Positions 48,908 through 58,650 of a stretch of DNA of 64,000 nt are shown here, one piece after another. The DNA lies in contig JBBAWW010000001.1 in the NCBI GenBank assembly GCA_040397035.1, positions 16,960 through 80,959 on the forward strand. Direction: 5' to 3'. This DNA is from Roseiflexaceae bacterium (GTDB taxonomy: Bacteria; Chloroflexota; Chloroflexia; Chloroflexales; Roseiflexaceae). Numbering within the stretch: the stretch's first letter is position 1; every line of letters starts with the position of its first letter. Position numbers and translations under genes: made by a program. Under the pieces are notes generated by a model. That model saw only the letters and a list, made by a program, of their open reading frames with translations. It was not told where the DNA came from and ran no database searches.

Positions 48908-49825
48908 CTACTTCACGTAATCCAACCAGCCATGGTTGTCTGCGACCGAACCATCAAACAAGCCAAAGAAGCGTGATTGAATGGCTTCGGTGAGTTCACC
49001 ACGCATTCCCGCACCGATGATAACTTTGTCGACGGAACGAACAGGGGTAACTTCAGCGGCGGTGCCGGTAAAGAAAATTTCGTCGGCCAAGTACAACATT
49101 TCGCGTTGCATGTTGGTTTCACGCACATCCATTGTGAGATCTTTGGCAATCGTGATAATGGAATCACGCGTAATTCCGGACAAAATACTGGCGGTGGCGG
49201 GTGGCGTGTAGATGACGCCATCACGCACGATAAATAGATTCATGCCGGAACCTTCAGCGACGTAGCCATTGATGTCCATGGCGATGCCTTCGGCATAGCC
49301 GTTGCGCAACGCTTCGCTTTTAATCAGCGTCGATGACAAATAATTCCCACCAGCCTTGGCCATGGTAGGGATGGTATTTGCCGCAAGGCGACTCCACGAC
49401 GACACCATCACATCGACACCGTTTTTGAGGCCGTCCGGTCCAAGGTAGGCATCCCATTGCATCCCTACAACAAGTGCTTCTATTGGATTAGCGCGTCCAT
49501 CGAGCCCGAGTGGACCAACACCACACCAAATGAGTGGCCGGATGAAACATTGTTCGTACTGATGAACGGTAACGATATCTTTACAGGCTTGGCTGATTTC
49601 AGCCATAGAAAAGGGGATTTCCATGCAATATATCTTGCACGAATCCCAAAGGCGGCGCATATGGGGGCCGAGTCGGAAGATGGCCGGCCCGTGTGGGGTG
49701 GCGTAGGCCCGAATCCCCTCAAACACCGAAGACCCATAGTGCAAGGCGTGGGTCATGACATGCACTATGGCTTGTGACCAAGGAACCATCCGTCCGTTGA
49801 ACCAGATTTGTTGTTCAGTGGTCAT
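48908..49825 (-). CDS. ilvE: branched-chain amino acid aminotransferase, copy 1
   Basis: 305 aa of class IV aminotransferase type (HALHYGSSVFEGIRAY, MAKAGGNYLSS, EIFFTGTAAEVTPV). Confidence 0.9.
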   Translation of the reverse strand: MTTEQQIWFNGRMVPWSQAIVHVMTHALHYGSSVFEGIRAYATPHGPAIFRLGPHMRRLWDSCKIYCMEIPFSMAEISQACKDIVTVHQYEQCFIRPLIWCGVGPLGLDGRANPIEALVVGMQWDAYLGPDGLKNGVDVMVSSWSRLAANTIPTMAKAGGNYLSSTLIKSEALRNGYAEGIAMDINGYVAEGSGMNLFIVRDGVIYTPPATASILSGITRDSIITIAKDLTMDVRETNMQREMLYLADEIFFTGTAAEVTPVRSVDKVIIGAGMRGELTEAIQSRFFGLFDGSVADNHGWLDYVK

Positions 49826-49860
49826 CGGTCTACTCCTCTGCCAAACGATTCATCTAGCCC

Positions 49861-49914
49861 GTTGCGGTGTGGTACGTCTCACTCCCCATGCGTACATTCG
49901 TTATCCACCGCAAC
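49861..49914 (-). other. nested inverted repeat in the spacer between the two ilvE copies
   Basis: GTTGCGGTG (49861..49869) pairs with CACCGCAAC (49906..49914), enclosing GTACG (49872..49876) / CGTAC (49891..49895). A third GTTGCGGT copy sits at 49926..49933. Confidence 0.4.
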
Positions 49915-49951
49915 CTCTGTTTAGAAGTTGCGGTAGCAGTACACAGACTGT

Positions 49952-50866
49952 TTAGACGTAATCCAACCAGCCATGGCGGTCTTCGACCGAACCATCAAAC
50001 AAGCCAAAGAAGCGCTCTTGGATGGCTTCGGTGAGTTCACCGCGCATCCCGGTGCCGATGGTGACTTTGTCGACGGACCGCACAGGAGTGACTTCAGCGG
50101 CGGTACCGGTGAAGAAGATTTCGTCGGCCAAATACAACGTTTCACGTTGCATATTGGTCTCAACGACCGGCATCTTGAGTTCTTTGGCAATCGTCATAAT
50201 CGAATCGCGGGTAATACCAGGCAAAATACTAGACGTGGTGGGGGGCGTATAGATCACGCCATCACGCACGATGAATACATTCATGCCTGAGCCTTCGGCG
50301 ATGTTGCCATTGATATCCAAGGCAATGCCGTCGGTATAGCCATTGCGCAACGCTTCGTTTTTGATCAAGTTTGATGACAAATAGTTGCCACCAGCCTTGG
50401 CCATGGTGGGGATGGTGTTGGCCGCAGGGCGATTCCAAGATGACACCATCACATCGACGCCGTTTTTGAGACCCTCAGGTCCGAGATAGGCGCCCCATTC
50501 GACGGCGGCAACCATGGCTTCGATGGGGTTGGCTTTGCCGTCGAGTCCCAACGGTCCTTCGCCACGCCATACGAGCGGACGAATGTAAGAATTACCGTAA
50601 TTGTTGATTCGGACCACATCTTTACAGGCTTGGGTGATTTCTGCCACCGAAAAAGGGATTTCCATGCGATATATCTTGCATGAATCCCAGAGTCGGCGCA
50701 TATGCAACCCTAGACGGAAAATGGCCGGGCCTTTTTTGGTGGGGTATGAGCGAATTCCTTCAAAAATCGATGACCCGTAATGCAACGCATGGGTCATGAC
50801 GTGTACATTGGCTTGTGACCAGGGAATCATCTGTCCTTTGAACCAAATCTGCTTCTCAGTCGTCAT
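49952..50866 (-). CDS. ilvE: branched-chain amino acid aminotransferase, copy 2 (tandem paralog)
   Basis: Start at ATG 50866 (GAAGGAG SD). By eye, roughly four-fifths of residues are identical to copy 1. Confidence 0.9.
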   Translation of the reverse strand: MTTEKQIWFKGQMIPWSQANVHVMTHALHYGSSIFEGIRSYPTKKGPAIFRLGLHMRRLWDSCKIYRMEIPFSVAEITQACKDVVRINNYGNSYIRPLVWRGEGPLGLDGKANPIEAMVAAVEWGAYLGPEGLKNGVDVMVSSWNRPAANTIPTMAKAGGNYLSSNLIKNEALRNGYTDGIALDINGNIAEGSGMNVFIVRDGVIYTPPTTSSILPGITRDSIMTIAKELKMPVVETNMQRETLYLADEIFFTGTAAEVTPVRSVDKVTIGTGMRGELTEAIQERFFGLFDGSVEDRHGWLDYV

Positions 50867-50947
50867 GGGGGTGCTCCTTCGTCGGTGATGGATTTCATGG
50901 GTATTATATATCATTCACTTGACAAACAAATTGTCAGTTGAACCGTG

Positions 50948-52522
50948 CTAGTAGCCGTAGCGTGCTAACGGCAATTCCAAGGCATCCCAGAGTGCTTGCC
51001 AACTGGCCGCCAAAATGTTTTCGGAACAGCCCACCGTGGTCCAACGGGCTTCTCCCCGCGCAGATTCAATGATTACCCGCGGGCGAGCTGCCGTCCCCAA
51101 ATGCTCATCGACGATGCGCACTTTGTAGTCAACTAGCGCCACATTAGCCAGTTGCGGATAAAACGGCGCCAAGGCCTTGCGGATCGCTTGGTCAAGCGCA
51201 TTGACAGGGCCATCTCCGTCAGCAGCAGTATGGATATTGTGACCTTTGACCCGCAATTTGACCATCGCTTGTGAGCGGATGTCGTGGTCGTTTTTGGCAT
51301 CGACAATCACGGTGAAATCGAGTAACTCGAAAGGCGCCACATAACCGGGCGCATTACGGCGGATGAGCATTTCGAACGATCCCTCGGCTGCTTCAAACTG
51401 CAATCCTTGTTGTTCGAGTTCTTTGATTTTTTGCAAAATCACTCGTTCATTGCCGTCGATGTCGAGCCCCAAATGCGCCGCCCGCATGCGGATATTGTTG
51501 CGCCCAGACAATTCACTGACCACAATCCGCATTTCATTGCCTACCAAATTGGGATCAATGTGCTGGTAGCTCGCAGCAAATTTGGCCACTGCTTGGGCGT
51601 GAATCCCCCCTTTGTGGGCAAAGGCGCTGCGTCCCACGAATGGCGCATGATGGTCGAGATTAAGGTTGCAGATGTCGGCGACGACATGCGAAACGATACT
51701 CAGCCGTTGGATTTGAGCCGGGGCGATCCCTTGATACCCCAGCTTGAGATGGGTATTGGCGATCAAGGCAATCAAATCCATGTTGCCACAACGTTCGCCA
51801 ATGCCGTTAATTGTGCCTTGGACGTGACGAGCGCCTGCATCGATAGCTGCCAAGGCATTGGCCACGGCTACTGCGCCATCATTGTGGGTATGGATGCCAA
51901 TCTGCACGTTCAATTGCTGCGCCACAAAATACGATATCACCCGGGTCACAACCCAGGTGATATCGTGCGGCAGTGCACCACCGTTGGTGTCACATAGCAC
52001 AATAGTGTGTGCGCCAGCGTGAGCAGCGGCGGCAATCGTCGCTAGGGTATAGTCGGCATCAAGGGCATAGCCATCAAAAAAATGTTCGGCGTCGTAGATG
52101 ACTTCTTTGCCATGGTCTACAAAGTACGCCACGCTATCGGCGATCATGCGCACATTTTCGTCGCAGGTGGTTTCGAGCACCTGTTCGACGTGCAACACTG
52201 AGCTTTTGCCCACCAACGTCACCACGGGCGTGTTGGCAGCGAGCAAGGCTTGGGTATTGGCATCGTCGGCACAGGTGGATTTGGCGTGGCGGGTACTGCC
52301 AAAAGCAGCGATTTTGGCATGCTGGAGCGTGGTGGATTGCATACGGCGAAAAAACTCAGCGTCTTTGGGATTCGAGCCAGGCCAGCCACCTTCGATGTAA
52401 TGCACCCCTAATTCATCAAGCACATGCGTGATTTTGATTTTGTCTTCAACAGAGAGCGAAATGCCTTCACGTTGCGTACCATCACGCAAGGTGGTGTCAT
52501 AGATTTTGAGCAACATGGTCAT
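50948..52522 (-). CDS. cimA: (R)-citramalate synthase-like member of the LeuA/CimA family
   Basis: 524 aa. N-terminus KIYDTTLRDGTQREGISLS and a C-terminal LeuA-dimer regulatory domain. It is shorter than and distinct from the leuA copy in the same operon. Confidence 0.75.
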   Translation of the reverse strand: MTMLLKIYDTTLRDGTQREGISLSVEDKIKITHVLDELGVHYIEGGWPGSNPKDAEFFRRMQSTTLQHAKIAAFGSTRHAKSTCADDANTQALLAANTPVVTLVGKSSVLHVEQVLETTCDENVRMIADSVAYFVDHGKEVIYDAEHFFDGYALDADYTLATIAAAAHAGAHTIVLCDTNGGALPHDITWVVTRVISYFVAQQLNVQIGIHTHNDGAVAVANALAAIDAGARHVQGTINGIGERCGNMDLIALIANTHLKLGYQGIAPAQIQRLSIVSHVVADICNLNLDHHAPFVGRSAFAHKGGIHAQAVAKFAASYQHIDPNLVGNEMRIVVSELSGRNNIRMRAAHLGLDIDGNERVILQKIKELEQQGLQFEAAEGSFEMLIRRNAPGYVAPFELLDFTVIVDAKNDHDIRSQAMVKLRVKGHNIHTAADGDGPVNALDQAIRKALAPFYPQLANVALVDYKVRIVDEHLGTAARPRVIIESARGEARWTTVGCSENILAASWQALWDALELPLARYGY

Positions 52523-53368
52523 TTAGATAGTCCTTTTTTCATCCTTATGCCAGCATGGATAACTCCCAAATATTTTTAAAAACCCCGTTTGGGCACGCAT
52601 ATGATCTAAGGTGGCTGCAATATGCGGATCGAGACGATGTCCGTTAATGTCAACAAAAAAAACATATTCACCGAGGACCGCTTTGGAAGGACGTGATTCG
52701 AATTTGGTGATATTGATACCAGCATCGGCCAGAATCTGGAGCGGTTTGACAATTTGGCCGGAGCGATCTTCACGATCAAATCCAAAACAGAGGCTGGTTT
52801 TGTCGTCTCCTGTAGGGGCATGATCTGTCGCAGCGAGCACGACGAAGCGGGTGACATTGCTGGCACGATCTTGGATGTCTGGCACCAAGATGACGGCGCC
52901 AGTCAGCTCCGCTGCCCGGGTGGTGCCTATCGCCACCGCCACCCGGGCCGAAGCGAGTGCCTCGGCAGGAGCAGCACTATTGGAAAGCGATGCGATCGTA
53001 GTAACATGAGGCAAATGCGTATCAATGTAATGGCGACATTGACCAAGCGATTGGGGATGGCCATACAACACTTCGACGTGCGTCAAATCCGTCCCCAGCT
53101 TCCCCAACAGTTGATGATTGATGGGGATGACTAGTTCCGCCGTAATCATCAACTGGGTATCATGCACGAGTAGATCGAGTGTCGTGGTGACACTGCCTTC
53201 CAAGACGTTTTCGATTGGTAACATTGCCACATCAGCCAACCCTTGTTCAACTGAATGAACCGCTGCCGGAAAAGTGGGTTGCGGCACAAATACATCGCCC
53301 GTAGCGGCATAGCTAATAGCCGCAATCTCACTGTATGTACCGGCAGGACCAAGATAACTGATGCGCAT
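52523..53368 (-). CDS. pheA: prephenate dehydratase with C-terminal ACT domain
   Basis: 281 aa. MRISYLGPAGTYSE, NVTRFVVL, and an ESRP motif in the ACT region (ITKFESRPSK). Confidence 0.88.
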   Translation of the reverse strand: MRISYLGPAGTYSEIAAISYAATGDVFVPQPTFPAAVHSVEQGLADVAMLPIENVLEGSVTTTLDLLVHDTQLMITAELVIPINHQLLGKLGTDLTHVEVLYGHPQSLGQCRHYIDTHLPHVTTIASLSNSAAPAEALASARVAVAIGTTRAAELTGAVILVPDIQDRASNVTRFVVLAATDHAPTGDDKTSLCFGFDREDRSGQIVKPLQILADAGINITKFESRPSKAVLGEYVFFVDINGHRLDPHIAATLDHMRAQTGFLKIFGSYPCWHKDEKRTI

Positions 53369-53405
53369 AATTACCTACTACCACACGTATGGCCTGAGCA
53401 CGAAT

Positions 53406-55061
53406 TTAGCGTTGTGTATTGGCGAAGTTGTCGACGGCATAGCCTGGGCTATTCGAATCGTAGCCATCCGCATAGGCCGATTTTTCGGCTTGAATAAAGT
53501 GCTCACGGTTTTGCAATAATTTGTTCAACGCCCCCATATAGGCTTCCGCCGCTGCTACCATGGTGTCAGTATGCACGCCATAGCCATTGTACAAATCAAT
53601 GCCAGGTTTGGTACTCGCTTGCTGGGCGGCCGTGGTGTCGCGAATCCGCACAGATACTTCTGCGACGGCGTCGATGCCTTCGGTGACCGAATTGATGGTG
53701 AATTCCAACAATTCCACGGGGCGACCCACCACTTTATCGATGGCCTTGTAGATGGCATCGACAGGGCCGGTGCCATGGGCGGCTTCGAGATGCGTCTGGC
53801 CTTGTTGGTCGATTAAGCGCACCGTCGCAACGGGAGTCAAACTCGTGCCAGTAATCACTTGCACGTGCTCCAGTTTGTAGACTTCGACCGTACGTTGCTG
53901 TTCCCCGGCAATCAAGGCTTCGATATCGCGGTCGTCGATTTTCTTTTTGCGATCGCAGAGCTCTTTGAAGCGTTCAAATAACGCTTGGAACTCTGCTTCG
54001 CTTTCGGCCTCATAGCCCATCGCCACCAACTTGGCCCGGAAGGCGTGACGACCGGAGTGTTTGCCAAGCACGAGCATGTTGCCATCGAGCCCGACGGTTT
54101 CGGCACTCATAATCTCGTACGTCAAGCGATTTTTCATGACGCCGTCTTGGTGAATGCCTGACTCGTGCGCAAAGGCATTGCCACCGACGATGGCTTTGTT
54201 GGGGGGCACCGGAATGCCGATGAATGAGCTGAGCAAGCGGCTCGAGCGTGTCAATTCGGTGGTATTGATTTTGGTGTTGGCTTGATAAAACGACTGGCGG
54301 GTATGCAAAGCCATCACTACTTCTTCGAGTGAGGCATTGCCGGCACGCTCGCCAATTCCATTGAGGGTACATTCCACTTGGCGGGCACCGGCACGCACCC
54401 CAGCCAAACTATTGGCGGTTGCCATCCCCAAATCGTCGTGGCAATGCGTCGAAATAATACACTTTTCGATGCCTACCACATTGGCCAAAATCCCGCGGAT
54501 TAAGTCGGCATATTCTTCACTGGTGGTAAAGCCGACAGTATCGGGGATATTGAGGGTGGTGGCGCCTTCGGCGACGACAGCCGTCAATACCTCGTAGAGA
54601 TAGGCAGGCTCAGAACGGGTAGCGTCCATTGGGGAAAATTCAATATCGTCGCAGAGTGTGCGGGCATAGCGTACCATCTCACGGGCCCGTTCCAACATTT
54701 TGGTGCGAGTCGATTTGAATTGATGTTCGATATGAATGTCTGAGGTCGACAAAAAGGTGTGAATGCGTTTGTTGGCGGCAGGTTGGATGGCAGTCCACGC
54801 TTTGTCGATGTCTTCTTTGATGGCCCGGGCCAAGGCGGCAATCACAGGGCCATCGCTGGTACCCACTTCTTTGGCTATTTGATGGACGGCAGCCCAGTCA
54901 CCGGGGGAGGCAGCAGGGAAGCCCGCTTCGATTATGTCTACACCGAGGCGGTGAAGCTGACGAGCGATTTCGAGCTTTTCTTCGAGTGACATGGTGCACC
55001 CAGGAGCCTGCTCGCCATCGCGCAAGGTGGTATCAAAAATTCGTACGTGACTTTCCTGCAT
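53406..55061 (-). CDS. leuA: 2-isopropylmalate synthase
   Basis: 551 aa. RIFDTTLRDGEQAPG, HCHDDLGMATAN, and a C-terminal regulatory domain. Confidence 0.9.
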   Translation of the reverse strand: MQESHVRIFDTTLRDGEQAPGCTMSLEEKLEIARQLHRLGVDIIEAGFPAASPGDWAAVHQIAKEVGTSDGPVIAALARAIKEDIDKAWTAIQPAANKRIHTFLSTSDIHIEHQFKSTRTKMLERAREMVRYARTLCDDIEFSPMDATRSEPAYLYEVLTAVVAEGATTLNIPDTVGFTTSEEYADLIRGILANVVGIEKCIISTHCHDDLGMATANSLAGVRAGARQVECTLNGIGERAGNASLEEVVMALHTRQSFYQANTKINTTELTRSSRLLSSFIGIPVPPNKAIVGGNAFAHESGIHQDGVMKNRLTYEIMSAETVGLDGNMLVLGKHSGRHAFRAKLVAMGYEAESEAEFQALFERFKELCDRKKKIDDRDIEALIAGEQQRTVEVYKLEHVQVITGTSLTPVATVRLIDQQGQTHLEAAHGTGPVDAIYKAIDKVVGRPVELLEFTINSVTEGIDAVAEVSVRIRDTTAAQQASTKPGIDLYNGYGVHTDTMVAAAEAYMGALNKLLQNREHFIQAEKSAYADGYDSNSPGYAVDNFANTQR

Positions 55062-55081
55062 GATAATTCCCCTTATTGTTG

Positions 55082-55117
55082 TAAAAAATGCTGGCTGGGA
55101 CGAATGCCCCAGCCAGC
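55082..55117 (-). terminator. internal intrinsic terminator-like hairpin between ilvC and leuA
   Basis: The minus-strand RNA reads GCUGGCUGGG-GCAUUCGU-CCCAGCCAGC followed by six U, starting 10 nt after the ilvC stop. Confidence 0.6.
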
Positions 55118-55126
55118 CGGGATGGC

Positions 55127-56149
55127 TTAGGAGCCGCCTTGGCCGGGAATGACTTCACGGGGGTTGACGAACGGCATCATGCGACGCAGATCGCGGCCGA
55201 CCACTTCGATTTCGTGGTCGACATCGGCAGCGCGCATTTTGTTGAAGCGGGGGCGGTTGTTGGCGTTCTCATCGATCCAGTCTTCGGCAAAGGTGCCGTC
55301 TTGGATATTGGTGAGCAATTGCTTCATGGCAGCCCGGGTTTGTTCGTTGATGATTTGTGAACCAGCCACATAATCGCCCCACTCGGCGGTGTCTGATACC
55401 GAGAAGCGCATGTAGTTCATACCACCTTGATAAAAGAGGTCAACAATCAACTTGAGCTCGTGCATACATTCGAAGTAGGCGACTTCGGGTTGGTAGCCGG
55501 CATCGACCAAGGTTTCGAAGCCTGCTTTGACCAAGGCCGACACGCCACCACACAACACGGCTTGTTCGCCGAACAAGTCGGTTTCGGTTTCTTCGGCAAA
55601 GGTGGTTTCGAGCACGCCGGCACGGGTGTTCCCCATACCCTTGGCATAGGCCAAGGCATCAGCCAAGGCATTGCCACTGGCGTCTTGGTGTACGGCGACC
55701 AAGGCTGGTACGCCGCCACCTTGGGTAAAGACTTCACGCACACGGTGGCCGGGGGCCTTGGGGGCGACCATGCTCACATCGATGCCGGCGGGGGGCACGA
55801 TTTGACCGTAACGGATGTTGAAGCCGTGGGCAAACATCAAGGTCTTGCCGGGGGCCAGATTTGGGGCGATATCTTCGCGATATACCTTGGCTTGCACAGT
55901 ATCTGGGGTCAAGTTCATGATAATTTGGGCAGCTTTGGAGGCATCAGCCACGGACATCACCGTGAGGCCGGCAGCTTCTGCTTTGGCCCAGCTTTTGGAG
56001 CCGGGGTACAAGCCAACCACCACATCGACGCCACTTTCTTTGAGATTGAGGGCATGGGCATGACCTTGGCTACCAAAGCCAATGATAGCGACGGTGCGGC
56101 CATTTAGGCGGCCCAAATCAGCCTGATTGTCGTAATACAACTTTGCCAT
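55127..56149 (-). CDS. ilvC: ketol-acid reductoisomerase
   Basis: 340 aa. [23 protein letters not shown] fold and class I KARI sequence. Confidence 0.93.
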   Translation of the reverse strand: MAKLYYDNQADLGRLNGRTVAIIGFGSQGHAHALNLKESGVDVVVGLYPGSKSWAKAEAAGLTVMSVADASKAAQIIMNLTPDTVQAKVYREDIAPNLAPGKTLMFAHGFNIRYGQIVPPAGIDVSMVAPKAPGHRVREVFTQGGGVPALVAVHQDASGNALADALAYAKGMGNTRAGVLETTFAEETETDLFGEQAVLCGGVSALVKAGFETLVDAGYQPEVAYFECMHELKLIVDLFYQGGMNYMRFSVSDTAEWGDYVAGSQIINEQTRAAMKQLLTNIQDGTFAEDWIDENANNRPRFNKMRAADVDHEIEVVGRDLRRMMPFVNPREVIPGQGGS

Positions 56150-56168
56150 GATCTACTGATGCTCCTTG

Positions 56169-56720
56169 TTATTGGGCTGCCGCACTTGCGGCACCCGCTA
56201 CGTCATTTTGCCAACCAGTGTCAACCAAATCGGCACCACTATGTCCTCGTGCGCCACGGACCATGGCGATACGCCCAGTACGCATCATTTCTTTGATGCC
56301 AAACGGACGCACCATATCAATGAAGTTGTCGACCTTGGCGGGACCACCGGTCATTTCGATGACCATGGCCGTTACCGATACATCGACAATCTTGGCACCA
56401 AATACTTCGGCAAGCGCCACTATTTCGGCACGTTGCTGACTCGGGACATGCAGTTTCACCAAGGCCATCTCGCGCTCAACCGTCGGATCATCGGTGACGT
56501 CGCTGACTTTGAGCACCTCGACCAACCGATACAATTGTTTGACCACTTGTTCGACATGGTCAGACTCTACCACGACCGTCATTCGGCTGATGCCAGCCGT
56601 TTCGGTATGACCAACTGCCAGACTCGCAATATTATAACCACGCCGGCGAAACATACTGACGGCGCGATTCAACACGCCGGGGTGGTCTTGCATTAACACG
56701 ACCAAAATGTGGGTCTTCAT
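56169..56720 (-). CDS. ilvN: acetolactate synthase small (regulatory) subunit
   Basis: 183 aa. ACT domain HILVVLMQDHPGVLNRAVSMFRRRGYNIASL. Confidence 0.9.
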   Translation of the reverse strand: MKTHILVVLMQDHPGVLNRAVSMFRRRGYNIASLAVGHTETAGISRMTVVVESDHVEQVVKQLYRLVEVLKVSDVTDDPTVEREMALVKLHVPSQQRAEIVALAEVFGAKIVDVSVTAMVIEMTGGPAKVDNFIDMVRPFGIKEMMRTGRIAMVRGARGHSGADLVDTGWQNDVAGAASAAAQ

Positions 56721-56723
56721 CGC

Positions 56724-58445
56724 TTACTCCGTAATCATTTCGCCGATGCTCTTGTTCTGGGGCACCATGGGGAACACATTGACTTCGCGCTCGACGCGGA
56801 AATCAATCAACACCGGACCGTCGGTGGCATAGGCTTGCTGTACCGCTGCCTCGATTTGATCCCCTGACTCAACCGTAATCCCCGTCCAGCCATAGGCTTC
56901 GGCCAGTTTTTGGAAGTTGGGGCTGGTCAATGGCGTCCCACTATAGCGCTTGCCTTCAAACAGCTCTTGCCATTGTCGTACCATCCCGAGGAAGCCATTG
57001 TTGATAATGGCAATCTTGATGTTCTTGATGTTTTCTTGGACAACCACAATCATTTCTTGATTGGTCATCTGGAAACCACCATCACCACAGACCACCCACA
57101 CAGTGTCTTCGGGATGGGCAACGGCCACACCCAAGGCTGCCGGCATGGCAAAGCCCATGGTACCAGCGCCACCGCTGGTGATATGCGTACGGGGACGATA
57201 CCAATCGAGCAACTGGGCAGCCCACATTTGATGCTGACCGACGTCGGTCACCACGCGGTAATTGCCACGCTCGTTCATCTCTTTAGTGAGCACGGCATAC
57301 ACATCGTGAGGCATCATCACCGAGGTATCGGGGCGATTGAGGTATTGTTGTTTGTGTTGGTGTTTAGCTTGTAATTCACGCACATACACCATCCACTCCG
57401 CTGCCACCTGCTGGAATTGCGCCACCTTGGTCTCTTCGGGTTCTTCTTCGAGCATTGACAACAGCACCAACTTGGCGTCGCCGACGATGGGCACATCGAC
57501 TTCGACGTTTTTGCCAATTTCGGAAGGATCGATATCGACATGCACAATCGAGGCATTGGGGGCAAACGTGGACGCCTTGCCGGTGACGCGGTCATCGAAG
57601 CGCCCGCCGATATTGAGCAAGAAGTCGCTTTCTTGGATGGCGCGGTTGACATGCACCCAGCCGTGCATGCCGGGCATGCCCAATGACAAGGGGTGATCTT
57701 GGGGGAAGGCGCCAAGGCCGTGCAACGTGGTGATTACGGGGATTTGGTAGCGCTCCGCAAAGGCCATGACTTCGTCGCTGGCATTGGCCATCATGACGCC
57801 GTTACCAATCATCATGACGGGTTTTTTGCTCTGGAGCATCAATTCAAGCGCAGCTTTGATTTGCTTTTTGCTGCCTTGGTATGTGGGGCGGTAGCCGGGC
57901 AAAAAGATTTTTTTGCTGTAATCAGGCACCATTGAAGCCTGCAATGCATCTTTGGTGATGTCGACAAGCACGGGGCCAGGGCGGCCAGTGGTGGCAATGA
58001 AAATTGCTTCCTTGACGGCATAGGCGATGTCTTCTACCCGTTTGATGAGGTAGTTGTGCTTGGTAATGGGCATCGTGATACCGGTGATGTCGGTTTCTTG
58101 GAAGGCGTCTTTGCCCAACACGGCGCTACTTACCTGACCACAGATTGCGAGCATCGGGGTGCTGTCCATCCAGGCATCGGCAATCGGGGTCACCAAATTA
58201 GTCGTACCTGGGCCACTTGTGCCGATACAGACGCCAATCCGACCGGTCGAGCGGGCAAATCCTTCGGCAGCGTGGCCGGCGCCTTGTTCGTGGCGACACA
58301 AAATATGGCGTAATTCGCTACGGTATTCCCACATAGCATGGTAGAACGGCATGATGGCGCCGCCCGGTAAACCAAACATCGTGTCGACACCATTTTGAAT
58401 CAATGCCTCACACAGAATCTGTGCGCCAGTGCGCTTGTCACTCAT
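56724..58445 (-). CDS. ilvB: acetolactate synthase large subunit (ThDP-dependent)
   Basis: Start at ATG 58445 (GGAGGA SD). ThDP motif GDGGFQMTNQE and a typical N-terminus GAQILCEALIQNGVDTMFGLPGG. Confidence 0.92.
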   Translation of the reverse strand: MSDKRTGAQILCEALIQNGVDTMFGLPGGAIMPFYHAMWEYRSELRHILCRHEQGAGHAAEGFARSTGRIGVCIGTSGPGTTNLVTPIADAWMDSTPMLAICGQVSSAVLGKDAFQETDITGITMPITKHNYLIKRVEDIAYAVKEAIFIATTGRPGPVLVDITKDALQASMVPDYSKKIFLPGYRPTYQGSKKQIKAALELMLQSKKPVMMIGNGVMMANASDEVMAFAERYQIPVITTLHGLGAFPQDHPLSLGMPGMHGWVHVNRAIQESDFLLNIGGRFDDRVTGKASTFAPNASIVHVDIDPSEIGKNVEVDVPIVGDAKLVLLSMLEEEPEETKVAQFQQVAAEWMVYVRELQAKHQHKQQYLNRPDTSVMMPHDVYAVLTKEMNERGNYRVVTDVGQHQMWAAQLLDWYRPRTHITSGGAGTMGFAMPAALGVAVAHPEDTVWVVCGDGGFQMTNQEMIVVVQENIKNIKIAIINNGFLGMVRQWQELFEGKRYSGTPLTSPNFQKLAEAYGWTGITVESGDQIEAAVQQAYATDGPVLIDFRVEREVNVFPMVPQNKSIGEMITE

Positions 58446-58468
58446 ACGTCCTCCATTTGATTGCATAA

Positions 58469-58502
58469 ACAAAAACCTCTCCCGTAGTACTACGGGAGAG
58501 GT
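58469..58502 (-). terminator. intrinsic terminator (attenuator) between the BCAA leader peptide and ilvB
   Basis: The minus-strand RNA reads ACCUCUCCCGUA-GUAC-UACGGGAGAGGU followed by UUUUUGUUU, ending ~23 nt before the ilvB ATG. Confidence 0.85.
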
Positions 58503-58542
58503 GAACTGTACTTCACGTGCGGTTTGGCCGCTCCCTATAGTA

Positions 58543-58617
58543 TCATGTGCTCATAATCGTTAGTACGACTAGAGCGACAGTAATTACTACTAGGTTGAGC
58601 TGACGGCGTTGAAACAC
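58543..58617 (-). CDS. Leu/Val/Ile-rich leader peptide MFQRRQLNLVVITVALVVLTIMST
   Basis: Hand translation; below the ORF-track cutoff. GTG start preceded by a GAGGA SD with a 6-nt gap. 11 of 15 central codons encode L, V or I. Confidence 0.75.
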   Translation of the reverse strand: MFQRRQLNLVVITVALVVLTIMST

Positions 58618-58650
58618 AGTAAATCCTCGTTTTGTGTTGGACCTGAGGGG

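Noticed and set aside
55427-56107. A 226-aa plus-strand ORF.
   Set aside because: It is antisense to ilvC, whose identity is unambiguous. Its Gly/His/Asp-rich composition is typical of a GC-rich shadow frame.
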